Source: Gonapodya sp. JEL0774 (taxonomy: Eukaryota). From it: 64,000 bases of DNA. How positions within the stretch are numbered: position 1 is the first letter of the stretch; the number at the start of each line of letters is the position of its first letter. The notes below the pieces were generated by a model. That model saw only the letters and a program-made list of their open reading frames with translations. It did not search any database and was not told where the DNA came from. Of this stretch, positions 23,038 through 35,770 are shown piece after piece. The position numbers and the translations under genes were made by a program. The DNA lies in the NCBI GenBank assembly GCA_027604505.1, contig JADIIX010000001.1, positions 1 to 64,000 on the forward strand, in the 5' to 3' direction.

Positions 23038-24654
23038 CTAAAATTTTAAGTCCAATCCCAAGTCCAAGTTTTCGAAAGTCTGTTCCAGGCCTACACCAAT
23101 CTTAACGTCATCCAAATTGTCAACCAACCTCGCTGCACGTCCTCGAACTTCCTCGTCCTCCGCAAACGTGGCGGTAATTTCAGCAGTGCGTGGAGGATTC
23201 GGCCGAGAGGACCGGGACTTCCGCTCGTTGGGAGATTGATCGCGAGTTCGAGGGCGCTGGTCCTCAGAGACGAGGACAGGGGTAGTCACGGTATCATTGG
23301 GAGCATCTGATTGTGGTTGTTGTTCAACGGCGACATCTTTGGTATGCCTCTCTTTCTCTCCGGGGGAATGCGCTGTCCCCTGAGAGTACTCCTTTCTGTC
23401 AGGATCTTGCGGGTCTTCCTCGTCGTCTTCGTCGTCATCCTCCTCTTCACTCTCCCATTCGTCCACCCATTTTCCGTTCACGAGTTTCAGCGGCTTGGCC
23501 TCCGTGATTTCAGGTTTGAAAGCCGGTCGAAATCTGATGGGCGCCTCGGTGACCAGAGGGACCGCACGAGTGAGGTGCTCTGAAATCCAAGCCGACTCTA
23601 CGTACACGATCAATTCAGGCACGAGAAAGTTGGCGTCGACTGTGGCAGAGGCATCACCAGATGGCACAATGATGGCATCCACGGAAAAATTAGATTGCCA
23701 AACGTTGGACACGTGGCGCCAGTGGCCAACAGACGAACTCTCACTAAAAGCACGAATTTGATCGCAATACGTATTCATCACTTCAACATCAGGCGGCGGT
23801 GAGTCGAGCGCCGGAACTCACGACAGCACCACCAGGGGTCTGCATACAGATGCCCGCAAGATATCCTCTCTGGAAGGAAGCTCACTCTTCGCTCCATCCA
23901 GAGAGTCAGCGACAAAAACAACTCCGGCTAAAGGGGATCGTAAGCTGGGGAGTGCGAAAAGTGCTGTGCGGCACTGTGCGAGTTTACCGACTCTCAGGGT
24001 TTGAGCGGGAAGGGCAACGGCATCCTTATAATTGCTCACCGCTTCGGCTTCAGCTATGACGAGAACATCTGTCAGCGTGGTTTCTTCTTCAAGGTAGTCT
24101 ACCATGGTGAATCATCAGCAACGATGTATGAGTCTGAAGGTGACTGGTCAAAGCCGCACCGCGCAGTCCTTTAGAATCGTTCTCGTCCTTCACTGTAAGA
24201 ACAGCAATGTCTTTGACCATGTTAAGATGTTCTGCAACTATATCCTCCCGAAACTGCGTCAGCCATGGGGGATCTTCACGAGCTAAAATGAGCACGCGCA
24301 ATTTGGGAGCAGGAGGAGCAACGACCGGAGGTGAGGAAGGCACGTCGTCGCTTGAAAGCTCTACCGGAGATGATCCGAGCTGAGGTTCGTCTTCGTGTGA
24401 CATATGTAAGTCAATGGGTATGTCTGTCTCGGAGGGTGCTGGTAGGAGCTCCACAAAAAGATCCATGTTTGCTTCAAGTTTCATCTCGGACGGAATTCTC
24501 ACAAACATCTCCCATGGTATCATCCCTTTTTTTAAGAGTGACACTTCACATGTAATAATGCGATTTTTTTATGTACAAACTCACCAGCTCCAACACCAAA
24601 TTGACGGGGTGCAATAAGAGTCGAGAGTGCATGAAAAATGTGTCTCGATAACAT
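23038..24654 (-). CDS. Hypothetical protein, multi-exon, with acidic C-terminal region
   Basis: ORFs 24089-24544, 23818-24105 and 23038-23781 can be linked by phase-consistent GT-AG introns; no domain recognised; start codon uncertain. Confidence 0.6.
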
Positions 24655-24929
24655 CCCTCCTCTCTCGGCGAGCGCTTCTACGTCGTCCAGTCCCGTTGCA
24701 CACAGGCGGCAACACAGTGCTCACGGCCAAAATGCAGTCACTGTCCCGCCTTCCCCGTTCTGTCCCTCAATGTCCGTGGCACTAAACAGGCTGGAGTGAC
24801 CATGGGGGGTGAAGGTGGTGTTGGGGTGCGGGTGTGAGTGGAGCGTTGGGAGAAGTGGTTAGGCGATCACTGTGCTCACCAACAATCTCGCGGACAAGCT
24901 CACGTATGCATGAGCCGCTCGCACACGAG

Positions 24930-26010
24930 TGGCGATTGGTCAATCCCGTCGGACTTCCCTCGTCCAGTCCGGCCATCCGACACGCGTCCTCTCCAATCCT
25001 CGTCGACCCCTACATATTGACTTAGGCCCTGTCCGACAGACTTGGAGGCAGTTGGTCGACAAGTGGGTGCCACCGGCCTTGGAGGGAGCAATGGGTGCCG
25101 TTCGGGGAGAGAGCTCCAAGTGGTACATCACACTTCATTCGTCCCCTCCTCCAGCCCCTCACCGTATCCTTCCCCCCCTCCCCATCCCCTTTCTCGTCGT
25201 CCCACATCTGCCTGCTCCCCCCGACGACGGCCAACCTGCGGCCTGCCCATCGCGGCCGCCTTTGCCTCCCTCGACAACACCGTAGCCACCTTTCCCTTTC
25301 CACTTCCCTCTCCCTTTTCCGCCCCCTTGTACCCCCGCCCGCGCCTACCCCGGCACCCTGCTCGCCCGTCATTGTCAGGTCCTACATCAACCCTCGCCAC
25401 GAAATCGTGCTGGCGTTGGGATTGATTCCCGGGCCTGCTGTCCGTTCCGCGGCGAGTTTGGAAATTAAGATTGCGGTGATTTAGGTCGAGGGCGGTGGCG
25501 GGGAGGTGAGTGGTGAGGGACGAGGGTGGGAAGCCGCGGGAGTGGTTCAGGTGTAGGGGATTATGCGTGACGGATCGATGGATCGTGGTCGGTGGATCGG
25601 GTGTTGGGGTTCAAGGTAGGAATGGGTGGTGGTTTCAGTGGTTCGCCAGGATATCAGTTCCTCCACACCGATACAATGGGCCACTTCCCAAACCCCCCAG
25701 CGCCACCCCCCCACCCACCACCCACCTTCCCCCACCGCCAAAAGTGTACACCCGCCCCCTTCACCGCACTGACGCCCACCACCCTCCCTGAATTCCCTAC
25801 AAAACTTACTCGAGTACCAAAACACATGGAACTGGCCAAACTGGCCGAATACGATCTGTCGCTGGCCGGCGCGCGGCTGGAAGGACTCGTAGTCGTGGTA
25901 TCCAGGCGAGAACGTAGGTGGGGGAAGAGGACGTCGGTTTTGGAGAAGAGGAGGAAGAAGGGGTGGCGGTTTTGTAGAGGATGCTGGGGTGTGTGTCCCC
26001 GTTGGTGAGC
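24930..26010 (+). pseudogene. Probable decayed F-box/WD40 gene
   Basis: Frameshifted, stop-broken fragments resembling an F-box (LVNPVGLP..AIR / VLSN / LVDPYILT*ALS / QTWRQLVDKW), followed by WD40-like strands (FASLDNTVATF, LCVTDRWIVVGG); no continuous spliceable frame found. Confidence 0.35.
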
Positions 26011-27032
26011 GAGGTGGGCGGGGCATTGAAAGGAGCAGAGCGCAACAGAATGCACATGACATTTCGAAAAGCTGGGCTTCGCTCCCCAACCCCTGTTCGC
26101 ACCTCCTACCCGTGCCCAGTTCCCCTCGGGCCTCGTCCAAACACGCTTACCCACTCTTTACCCTTCTCCCCACTCTCTAAACCCCACCCCTAAAACCCCC
26201 CTAAACCAACCCCCCGCCCCTCTCCCCCTTCGAAGGGGGACGCACCCACAACCCCCCCTTCACCGCCAACCTCCCCCCACAAAACACTTCCTCTGCCCTT
26301 CCGGCTCTTCTCCCCCGACGCACCTCTAACCCCCCCTTAACTCAAAGCCCGCACTCGAGTCCGTAGGAGCTCCAAGCAGAAAGAGTGGATTGGTCCATAC
26401 AGCCCAGACGGAGCACAGATGTGTATTAGGGGGAAAAGGAACGAAAGGAACAACGGTGTTGAGGATTGAGGAGTAAACAGTTGAGGTGGAGGGGAAGGGT
26501 GGGGTTGAGTAAATGAAGTGGGCACGCAGGATTTGAAATGAAAGGGGGGGACAAAGGGAATGAAATGGGGAACCTGGGCACACGGGAGACCACAGCACAT
26601 CAGGGTTTGCGTGGGGTGCAAACCGAAACCTCTGCCAAACCAGCCGGCCCGCCAGCCGTGGACACCGTTCACCTTTCGATTCCAGACCTCTGTTTCTCAT
26701 CCAGCGCAAAAAGCTTTTTGCTTCGTCACGCGAATGTCTGATCTTGATGAGCTACACCCTTTTGAGGATTACTAGTGGTGTTTCAGTCTCAAGATGATGC
26801 TCGAGTATGCAGCAATCATATCGCTCTGGCACTCAGACGGGAGCTCAGCGCCGATTCCCCACTTACTAGGTTATCACTTAATATATCTATGATAATACCG
26901 GTACAACAACTTCCTTCCGCGCCAAGATTTCGGGCCCTGGAATTGATCACGCCACAGTGGAGGGGTGATTGATAACCACCCGTTGATTTCCAAAGGTGGA
27001 TCGCCAATTTTCAGATCCCGGACAACGACGAA

Positions 27033-29487
27033 ATGAAGCTCCTAACCGCCACCGCCGCTCTAGCCATTCTTTCCTTCGTAGCACCATCCCGAGCTCAGTA
27101 CGTGCAATAGCCGTAGACCCCCCACAGAATGCTCTCTCCGATAACTCATTAGAGTTTTCTCCACCACTTTTCCCCTAAAAGCTGGCTTGAGCGCCGATGT
27201 GGCGCACTGGAGGAATGGCCTCTCGGCAAGGCAACCGCGCTCTTCGTAGGTGCGTGTACCGACTTCGGATGGGTGTTGGAGTGCTCGACATTTGTGGGGC
27301 ACAGAGGCTCATTAACTATGTACATTACCTGTTCCACAACACATTACACCAGCTGACGCGGGTGCATTCTCTGGAACCGGTGAAGATACGTACTACGTCA
27401 AGAATTGTAACGACTGCCAGAAAGTGGGTCCCATTCCTCAATCGTCATGGAGCGCCTCTTCTCAATGTGCACTCGGTCCGAAAGCTCGATCCTGCCTTGA
27501 CGCTTTGTGAGGGCACTATCCACTACGGACATATAATGGGTCAGAAAGTTATCATTGCAGGAACAGGTGTGTCTTCTGCTTGATCACTCCACCTGCATGT
27601 GACGAATGCTTTCTAACTTGTAATCAGGCATCGGCCCACTTGCTGCCACCACTTGCGTTCTTGACTTCATGAACAACTGTGGGATCTACGTGAAACAGGT
27701 CATATGTGAGTTACATGCCGGGCCTTGTGAAGTTTCTGTTGCGCCGGTGTCCTCACTGCTACACGAAACTCCCCCTAAATAACTGTATATGCACTTTAAT
27801 GATATAGACTCGGGAACGTCCGGCTGGAGTGCTTCTGTGGGAGGTATCATTAGTAACGGGACGTGCGACAAAGGCTTGCCGAACCCCAACATCAAGGTGA
27901 GGTTCCGTTTTGGCGTATTTTCAAATGAGGCTTCGTTACGTTCGCGCACTCTCGTTTATTGTTCTGACATTTCCTCTTTAGCCCACCCGTATTGGAGATG
28001 TTTGCGTCGCAACAAATGCCATTAATTGGGACTGCCGCTTGGCCTCGTTTAACCAAACTGCCGGAGGTGAGCGATTTACCAACTGAGAAAACTGAAAGAA
28101 AGCAAAACTAGCTCCCTTTCTAAATCTTCTCACTTGTGGTGATATAGGTTACCCCGATCAGTGCGCAGTTCCCAAGGAGTCGTCTACGATCGACGAGTCG
28201 TTCCTGTTCGGCAAATGCTTCTGGAACAACTTCACGAAGGCGCACACTGATTTTGCAGACGACATTGTAAGCGGTGAGTCCCCGCATCGTTCAAAAGAAT
28301 AGACGTGGGTCGAACGAACAAAGGCATTTATTACGGTGGTTTGGCGATCTAGCGGCCAAGTCTGTTGGCACAAGCAGCTTCCCCAAGCGCTCCAATTTCA
28401 CTGTTGCCCATGAAACGGAGTGGTGGACTCTTCAAGTAAGCCAGTTAGCCAAGTGTGCTTTTTTTGTCGATCAATGTGCTCACCGCTCATCCGTTGACGT
28501 AGAACGAAGCCCTCAACACGACCCTGGTGACTGTGAAGGAAGACGACAAACCTACAGTGTGGGACTACAAGACCTGTGTAGAATCTGACTCTCAGGTGAT
28601 TTGTCAGTTGCGTTCGGGCACAGGGCGAGGTCATCCATTTCTCATTATTGGTCCACACTCTCACTTTCGGTGCACGTCCACAACACCATGTGACACACCG
28701 TACCAACAGTTCTGTAAGTACAAACCACCGACACGTTCCCGGAAATTGTCGAATCTCATGTGTACCACGTAAATTTTAAAGTCTGGTCCGGCGCACCATG
28801 GGACACGCTTACCCGCCAGTACACGGCGCAAATTCTGCAAGGGGCGGTCCCCTCCGTGAGTCCCAATGCCACCGAAGGAGATGCCATTGTCGTCAGCGCG
28901 TGAGTGTTCGGGTTATCGTCACCCGGAAACCATTAAAACTTACGCTTCTACGAAACTCCCCAGCATGGAGGCGATCGGACTTGCTGCCGCCATGACCTCT
29001 TACGCGAAGCTCGCTGACGGCAAGGCGCGTCCTCCCATTCCATTCGTGTACGTACGCGGAAACTCCGATTACGTGCACCAACCAGTAATATACAACGCCA
29101 CGGCCAAGATCTGGCAACAAAATGGAGAGGTAGAGGTACGTAAGCATGAGATCGATGCATTGGGTGCCGGTGGACGGTGGTGGGCGAAGGGCTAACCTGC
29201 TTTGCTCTAATATGCCTTTTCTAATCTTTTTTCTTTCTTTCCTTTTTCTTCCGCCGCACCTTGTTGCTCTCTCGCGCTTAGGACGATTTTGCTCATGGCT
29301 ACGCCTAGTGAGTATCGTGAATTCTTTCTTGCTGCTGCACGGGAATTGGATAACGTAGCATTCCCCTCTGTTCCTTACCGTCGAAAGTGCCATTGCCTCC
29401 TACTCGACGGTCGTTCTTTCTTACCTCAAATCGAACTGTTTGACTTCTTCTTACGGGAACTGTACTTTCACTGTCGCGTACCCTTAA
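27033..29487 (+). CDS. Secreted nucleoside phosphorylase/MTA-SAH nucleosidase-fold protein (purine nucleoside permease NUP-like), many exons
   Basis: Signal peptide MKLLTATAALAILSFVAPSRA; motifs KVIIAGTGIGPLAATTCV, VIYSGTSG, RIGDVCVATNAINWDC, DSQFFWSG, VSAMEAIGLAAA and PFVYVRGNSDY; ends YAIASYSTVVLSYL...AYP*. Confidence 0.75.
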
Positions 29488-30152
29488 AGCACTGAGGTAG
29501 TTATGCGTCGCAGTGGGACGGACGGATCTCCGCTGTCTTGAATACGATACGTAGATTCATGAGTGTTTGTGTTTTCTATGAATTTAGAATATGCTAGAAC
29601 GAATAAAGCTCTTTATGAGGACAGGGCATAAATGACGGAAGCACTGGAACTGTGAAACGTGGTGGTGGAGTGGAAGCACTGTGCACAGTATACAGCACAC
29701 ATGGACCACAGAACCCCTGAGGGACCAAACTGTAAATTTGGGAAATTATTCGAGAAGAAGAGCTCTTGATAAAGAACCGAACGGCCCGTGACAAGAAACG
29801 GCCAAAATAGCGATAAGGCGAGGAAAGGAGAGAGTGAGTCGTGCTTAGCTTTGGCAGCGAATCCGATCTCTCTCGAACAAAGGGTCACCAAATCGCTTGT
29901 ACAACTGTCCGTGATCGCTGAACCATAGATTCGAGTCGGCCCCACCATCTCAGTCTTTTTGTGTAGTTGCTCGGGCGTCAATCCTTCCTGTTGGCCATCG
30001 GCTCGATATTGTGTCATTTGGATCTTGTCTCCAAACAACTTTGGAACATCACAACATCCCGTCCATTGAACGGACCTTGCGTTTCTCTGACTGGAATCAT
30101 CTGTCGGTTATTGTTGGCTTTCCAGCAAACCCCGGAAGTGACAGCGTGAACG

Positions 30153-33070
30153 ATGTCCGGGACCGTCCAAAGAATCGCAAGGGTCATCCCACTCAAACCG
30201 TGGCTTCAAAAGTTCTACTTACCTGCGCACGCTGATGAAGAGCTCGATATTGACTGGGATGCCGTTTTTGCGTCTGCTCTTGTGGACCTTGTCGTGACTA
30301 TTCTTTTGTTGGGGTTCCTTGGAGCCTCGCTCAAACTCGCTTGGAATGCCGCGGGTAGAGGTAATCTCGCTCACGCAGCAGAGGCAAGGAGGAAGAGAAA
30401 GGAAGAAACAGACCTTTGGGAAGCGGAAGAGCGCGCGGCTGCGGAAGCAGCCAAGCTTGCTGCCAAGGAGGCCCGACGCAAAGAGCGTGCAGCAGCCCTG
30501 GGTGTTGCTCTCGAAGACTTGCCGGATTCGGAGGCTGAAATGGACGATGAAGAGGTTGAGTACGAAGATGACGACACCGGAGATGGGCCCCACGATTCTG
30601 CGGTTCACCTGCCCCTCAGGCGCCGCCTTCAACCTAATCTATCCACTCCGGGCAACGGCCCTGGAGCCCTCAGTACACCTATTTCAGCTGCATCGTCATC
30701 CCCCGACTACCATCACACGCCAACCCCTCTGCCTAAACGCGGCCGCAACAGACCACGGGACCTTTCTGACGCTGACTCGTATAGCCCCGTCGAAGGGGAT
30801 CAGGATGGGGATTACGAAGAAGAATATGAAGGAGAAGATCCTGGAGACTATGAGGTCGGACAGGGTGGGGCGCACATGCAGTACCAACAGGGTATCATGA
30901 CTCAGCATTCACCTGGTGGAATGCAGGGACAGGGGCAGTCTGGTCCATCGTACATTGATGTGCAGCTTACGAGGCACGTGTACCCTGGCCCTCCGCCGGG
31001 CCCTATGGTCGGGCCAGGAGGACGGATGTACTATCCTCCTCACGGGGGGTATCCACAACAAGGTGGCGGGTTTGGGGGTATATCAGTCACTGTCGGTGGT
31101 GGGGGTGGTAGGTGAGTCTTCCAGCGAGGAACTACCGGAGGGGACCGCGGGAGGGGGAGTGCGGTTCAAGTAGCGGAGTTAATGTAGAGGGAGAGAAGCC
31201 GATGCTGGTTGTGATTTCAGCATTGAGCGCGACAATGTGTCCGAGATTGATGAATGGACCACGCTCGCGCTCACCTCGTAGTTTTATACATCGGACTTAA
31301 CGAAAAATTCTTTACAGGCCACCCGCTGTTCTCCGCCTTGATGATCAGTTTCCGCTACCCCATCCATCTCCACCTGGCAACGCAGGTTATCTCCCTGCTC
31401 CGTATCCACCGCAGGGCTACGGCTATCCCGCCCAACCTGGCCACCCTCAAGGCATGTGGGTTGATGCGCACGGATTCCCAGTGGACGCCAACGGGTACCC
31501 ATTACACCCTCAGCAGCCCGGAGACGATGGATATGACTATGACTATGAATACGATTATAATGAAGAGGGAGTTGATGGACCCCAGGATATGGAAGAGCAG
31601 CAAATTGAGGGGACACAAAGCCAGCAAGGTAATGGCCAGACCAAGCAAATGGCATACTCACCGACGCGGTCTGGGTCTGCACCTGGATCGGTATCTGCAT
31701 CATTAAGCTCCGGAGTCGAGTCAGGGCCGATTGGGTATGCTGGTGGGCCAGGAGTGGCGGCGAGTGAGGGGATCGGCAGCGGTAGACTGAGGCCTGAGAG
31801 TGGTCAGAGTGTCCGGTTCGCGGAGGAGATAGCTGGCGGAGATGGAAAAGAAGGAAAAGAGGGGAACGAAAAGAAGGAGCAGTGAGTGGTGGCGTAGGTT
31901 GTGGAACGGATGGAGAAATGTACTGTTGTCACAGCTTCTAATCAATCAATTTTTATCGTTGCATTGCCTTTGGCGCCTGGCCCAGTCCTTCGAACCAAAT
32001 CAGAAGCACCGCATCATCTCGCCTTCGCGCTGAAACCATCGCCTCTCGTGCTCGACAGCAACAGCCTCAATCTGAACGCGACCGCGCCCGCTCTAGGTCC
32101 CGTAGTCGATCTCGGCCCCCCCAATCGGCTTCTAGGAACGGTACCGGCACAACTGCTAATGGCAGAACTACACCAGGTGGAAGGGCGAGCAGACAAAGCA
32201 GGACCGGAGAAACGGCGGATGGACGACGAGGATCCCGGGACGATGGCGAGGGGGATCTGAGCGATGCTGCAAGCTCAGCTGTGTCTAGTAGAGTTTCGAA
32301 GGTGTCGAGCAAGCGGATTACGAATAGCGGAGGGAGTGGTAAACTGGGGAGTGCCACCAAGGTCGGCAAGAAGGATGGGGAGGAATTGAGGTTAGTCCAT
32401 CGTCAAAGTTAGGCATAAAGGAGAACTGGAAGTTTCTTTCGTGCTCTGACATTTGTCTCCATTTTCAGCCCCACGGGAACACGCCCGTCCGACCACCGTC
32501 GCAACCAATCCACTGCCTCAATGTCGTCCATCGCTTCCGTGGCCAGCGCCCGCTCTGGCGCTCGGCGTGCAGTAATGGACGATTTCGACACCACACCGGC
32601 AGGCGCAGACGGATTGGGAAAGGAGTACGTCGCCTCGATCCTCAAAGGGCATCTTCCGACCAACAGCAATCGTATTAACGAGGCGCTGATACAGGACGGT
32701 GAAGGAGAGGACTGGTATGTTTCTCCGGATTGCTGTGACGTATGTCGGTCGCATTAAAGGAGTGTTGGTCAACGCTAGGCGTCCCTTTGAAACATCGCGA
32801 AACCCCACATCAGTTGACCATGTCCCTCAACTCCTCGGACATCTTCCCACCAACCCGAACCGTCTCAACGAAATGCTGCTTCAGGAATCCACTGCCTCCG
32901 CGATAGACTTACCGCGGTTCGACGTGAGCTCCGCAGTGAAGGACCAAGAACATCAACCCTCGGTTGTGAAGGGGCACTTACCGACGAGTTCAAAAAGGGT
33001 GACGGAGCAGTTTGCGGGCGGGCTGAGGGACTACACTCCTCCGAATTCCGGGGCCAAGGCAAGGAAATGA
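30153..33070 (+). CDS. Hypothetical N-terminally membrane-anchored, low-complexity protein with three C-terminal GHLPT repeats (5 exons)
   Basis: TM VFASALVDLVVTILLLGFLGASL; exons ~30153-31111, 31318-31882, 31987-32391, 32470-32714 and 32779-33070 join in phase; Pro/Gly/Tyr-rich and RS-rich middle. Confidence 0.75.
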
Positions 33071-33902
33071 GAGTGGGACAGTTACTTAGGGGCAGGTCCC
33101 TGACATTGGTGGGAGATCTTTAGTTCTGAGAACGGCGGAAGAACACTGTTTTTTTGTGCTCCTGGTTATTGCGAGTTGGCGTTTGGGTGGTTTGTCTATT
33201 CTATAGGCCAGCATACTTACACACTTGACATAATTTTTTAGTATATTACTCTACGTTTTCGTTACCGAAATCGATACCTCCACACATTAATAATAAGTGA
33301 TCGGTGGAAGTAATAGTAGAAATTAAATGTACATCGACGTGATTCCACGAGTTGAACAGCTGCACGTCTATCACAGGACCTTGTGTAGTTCCCCAGTGGT
33401 TGTTTCCCACCGGGGTGGCGCAAACAATGATCTGTGACTTGAGGCGTAATTCAGCACCGAGTTGACAGTGCAGGAAATGCAGAGCAGAAAGTAGAATCCA
33501 ATTCAGAGCAAAAAGAGTACTGAATCGCGAGCAGTTGGACAAGTGACTACCACCTTGACAAAAATACTGATCGGTTTTTGGGCCCATCGCTGGATTTCAC
33601 GCAATTCATATGGTTGGAAATGCCAGATTTGTTTTTCAAACAGACTCACACATACTACCACTTTTCATACTACCACCGGTATTTTTCTCGGGGGTGCAAA
33701 AAGTCAGGAGGCGATCATGAACTGAGCTCCCATCCCCGCACACCACAGATCCCGGAATCTCAATTGTCATAACTGGATTGAGATCCAACACAAACGTCGT
33801 TCCCATCACCCCTTCCCATTTCTCATTCCCTGATCTTTAGAGTCTTCCCTTTCGCCCTCAAGAACCTTTCATTAGCGCGAGGCATAGCCACTGAAACGAA
33901 TC

Positions 33903-35616
33903 ATGACTGAACCCACCTTGATGGACGAGGAACGGTATGGAATAACGTCTGTTGTGGAGGAGAATGGCGCCAAGACGTACAAATGTCTTGAATGTGGGAA
34001 AAAGCTTTTGAGGTACGGGATTTCGTACTTCCAAATCAATGAGATTATTGGCATTCAACTTCCTGTACTGCAGCAAGCGTGCATCGAACTGGAGGGATCA
34101 CATCAAAACTCACGACAAAGCTCGGGAGCGACTGAAGTGCCCGTTTTGCCCCTCCCAGTTTCTTAGGATGGGGTACTGTTTAAATGCCGTCTTCGTTGAT
34201 CACGCCGGACAACACATTGACTGACTCCAACATAGTGATTACCGTCGACATTACAATCTGCATATGGGGAAAAGTGAACTGGAGTGCAATGTTTGCAGAA
34301 AGCTTTTTTCGAGGCGAGTCATAGTGGACCCAATGATGTTTGCAACTTGTGGTTCGATGTTCACCGATAGAACCATCAAATCCACACCGACAGACCTGAC
34401 CACTTTACTCGACATACAAAACGCGGTTGTGCCAGTATGCGGACTGCACCGTTTGGTATCAATGGCAGTTCCCATATCAGTGGAGCCCACCCACAAATCG
34501 CTTTCCTAACACCGCCATTCAACGCTCAAGACACTCCCGTGGCCGTCGTTTCTCCTATTTTGGCTGCGCAACCTTCCATAGGTGTTCTGTCTCCCATGCT
34601 TGCTGCCCAACACGCAGTACTTTCTCCAATGCTGGTTGCTCAGCATTCGATTTCTACACCTTTTCTCGCAACTCAGCATCCTGGCATATCACCAGTTATC
34701 TTGGCGCAACATGCAATGCTTTCGCCAATGCTGGCGGCGCAAAATGCTATGACGTCGCCCATGCTCCTTCCTCAACAACTCATAACGGGGGTTTCGCCAA
34801 TGATGACCGCGCACGGCGCTTTGATGTCACCCATGCTCCTTCCTCAACAGCCCATGACGGGGGTTTCACCAATGATGTTAGCGCAGGTTTCACCCCAAAA
34901 CGTTTCCCCGATGCTAGGTGCTCATACAGTCGTGAATTCTTCCATTAATCTTGCTGTGGCACAGTAAGTTGTCCCGTTATGCTCATGCGATTTTGAGTCA
35001 ATATGTATGCTTCCTCTGTCACAGGGACAGTAGCAATTCGGGCTTACTCATGGTGCAACAAGATAACCTCATTCCGTCCTCCCTTGATAGTGGTGCTGCG
35101 TTGCCACCTGACACGCACACGGTGACCCCGCCTCAAGCGACACCCATCACAACTCCGATATTCACATCTGAATTCATGTCAACATATGCATCTGTGCCAC
35201 GTCGCATGCCTTTCAACACTTATGGACTTGTCTCGGAAGGCAACTGCATGCAAACACCTCCAATGACGCCAGTCTCTGTGGCCGGAGGAACAGGAGTTGT
35301 ACTCGCACCTATACGGCAGTTCCATGCGCCCTTATCCACGGGAATATTTGCGCCGTCCACGTACTTTGTTCCCGACATGGAGGTCCTCCCTTCGCCTGCT
35401 CTCGACGCCACCAGTCCCACCTTGGTTGCGACACTCCCCCATCAGTTTCTGCCACAACACTTCGTGGGACCGCAGCTCGCGAAACCTGCGACGTCGGGTG
35501 AATCACCCTCTTTTCCATTAGCGATGGGATCGCGGCAGTTTGAAGACATTTGCTTGACTGACCCTGTGGATGTAAATTGGGCGGCTGACACGGAATTGCT
35601 TGAAGGTGATGAATAG
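33903..35616 (+). CDS. C2H2 zinc-finger transcription factor (two C2H2 plus one C2HC finger) with Ser-Pro repeat region
   Basis: CLECGKKLLSKRASNWRDHIKTH, CPFCPSQFLRMGDYRRHYNLH and CNVCRKLFSRPDHFTRHTKRGC after splicing (third intron is GC-AG). Confidence 0.85.
34540..34920 (+). repeat. Coding tandem repeat of ~11-aa SP(M/I)L units
   Basis: VVSPILAAQ / VLSPMLAAQ / VLSPMLVAQ / MLSPMLAAQ / MTSPMLLPQQ / LMSPMLLPQQ; near-identical DNA copies of cccatgctccttcctcaaca...gggggtttcnccaatgatg. Confidence 0.8.
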
Positions 35617-35770
35617 TCCAACTACTGTGTTTATGTACATTTTAAGGTTGTAATCTGGATGCAAACAAACGTTTTCCTGATCAGTCATTCTCGGAAGCGG
35701 GCAAAACGGCTGACCTAATCCGACCGAATTCCTTCTCTAAACCCCACTCCGCGCTCCCCCTCATCACCCA

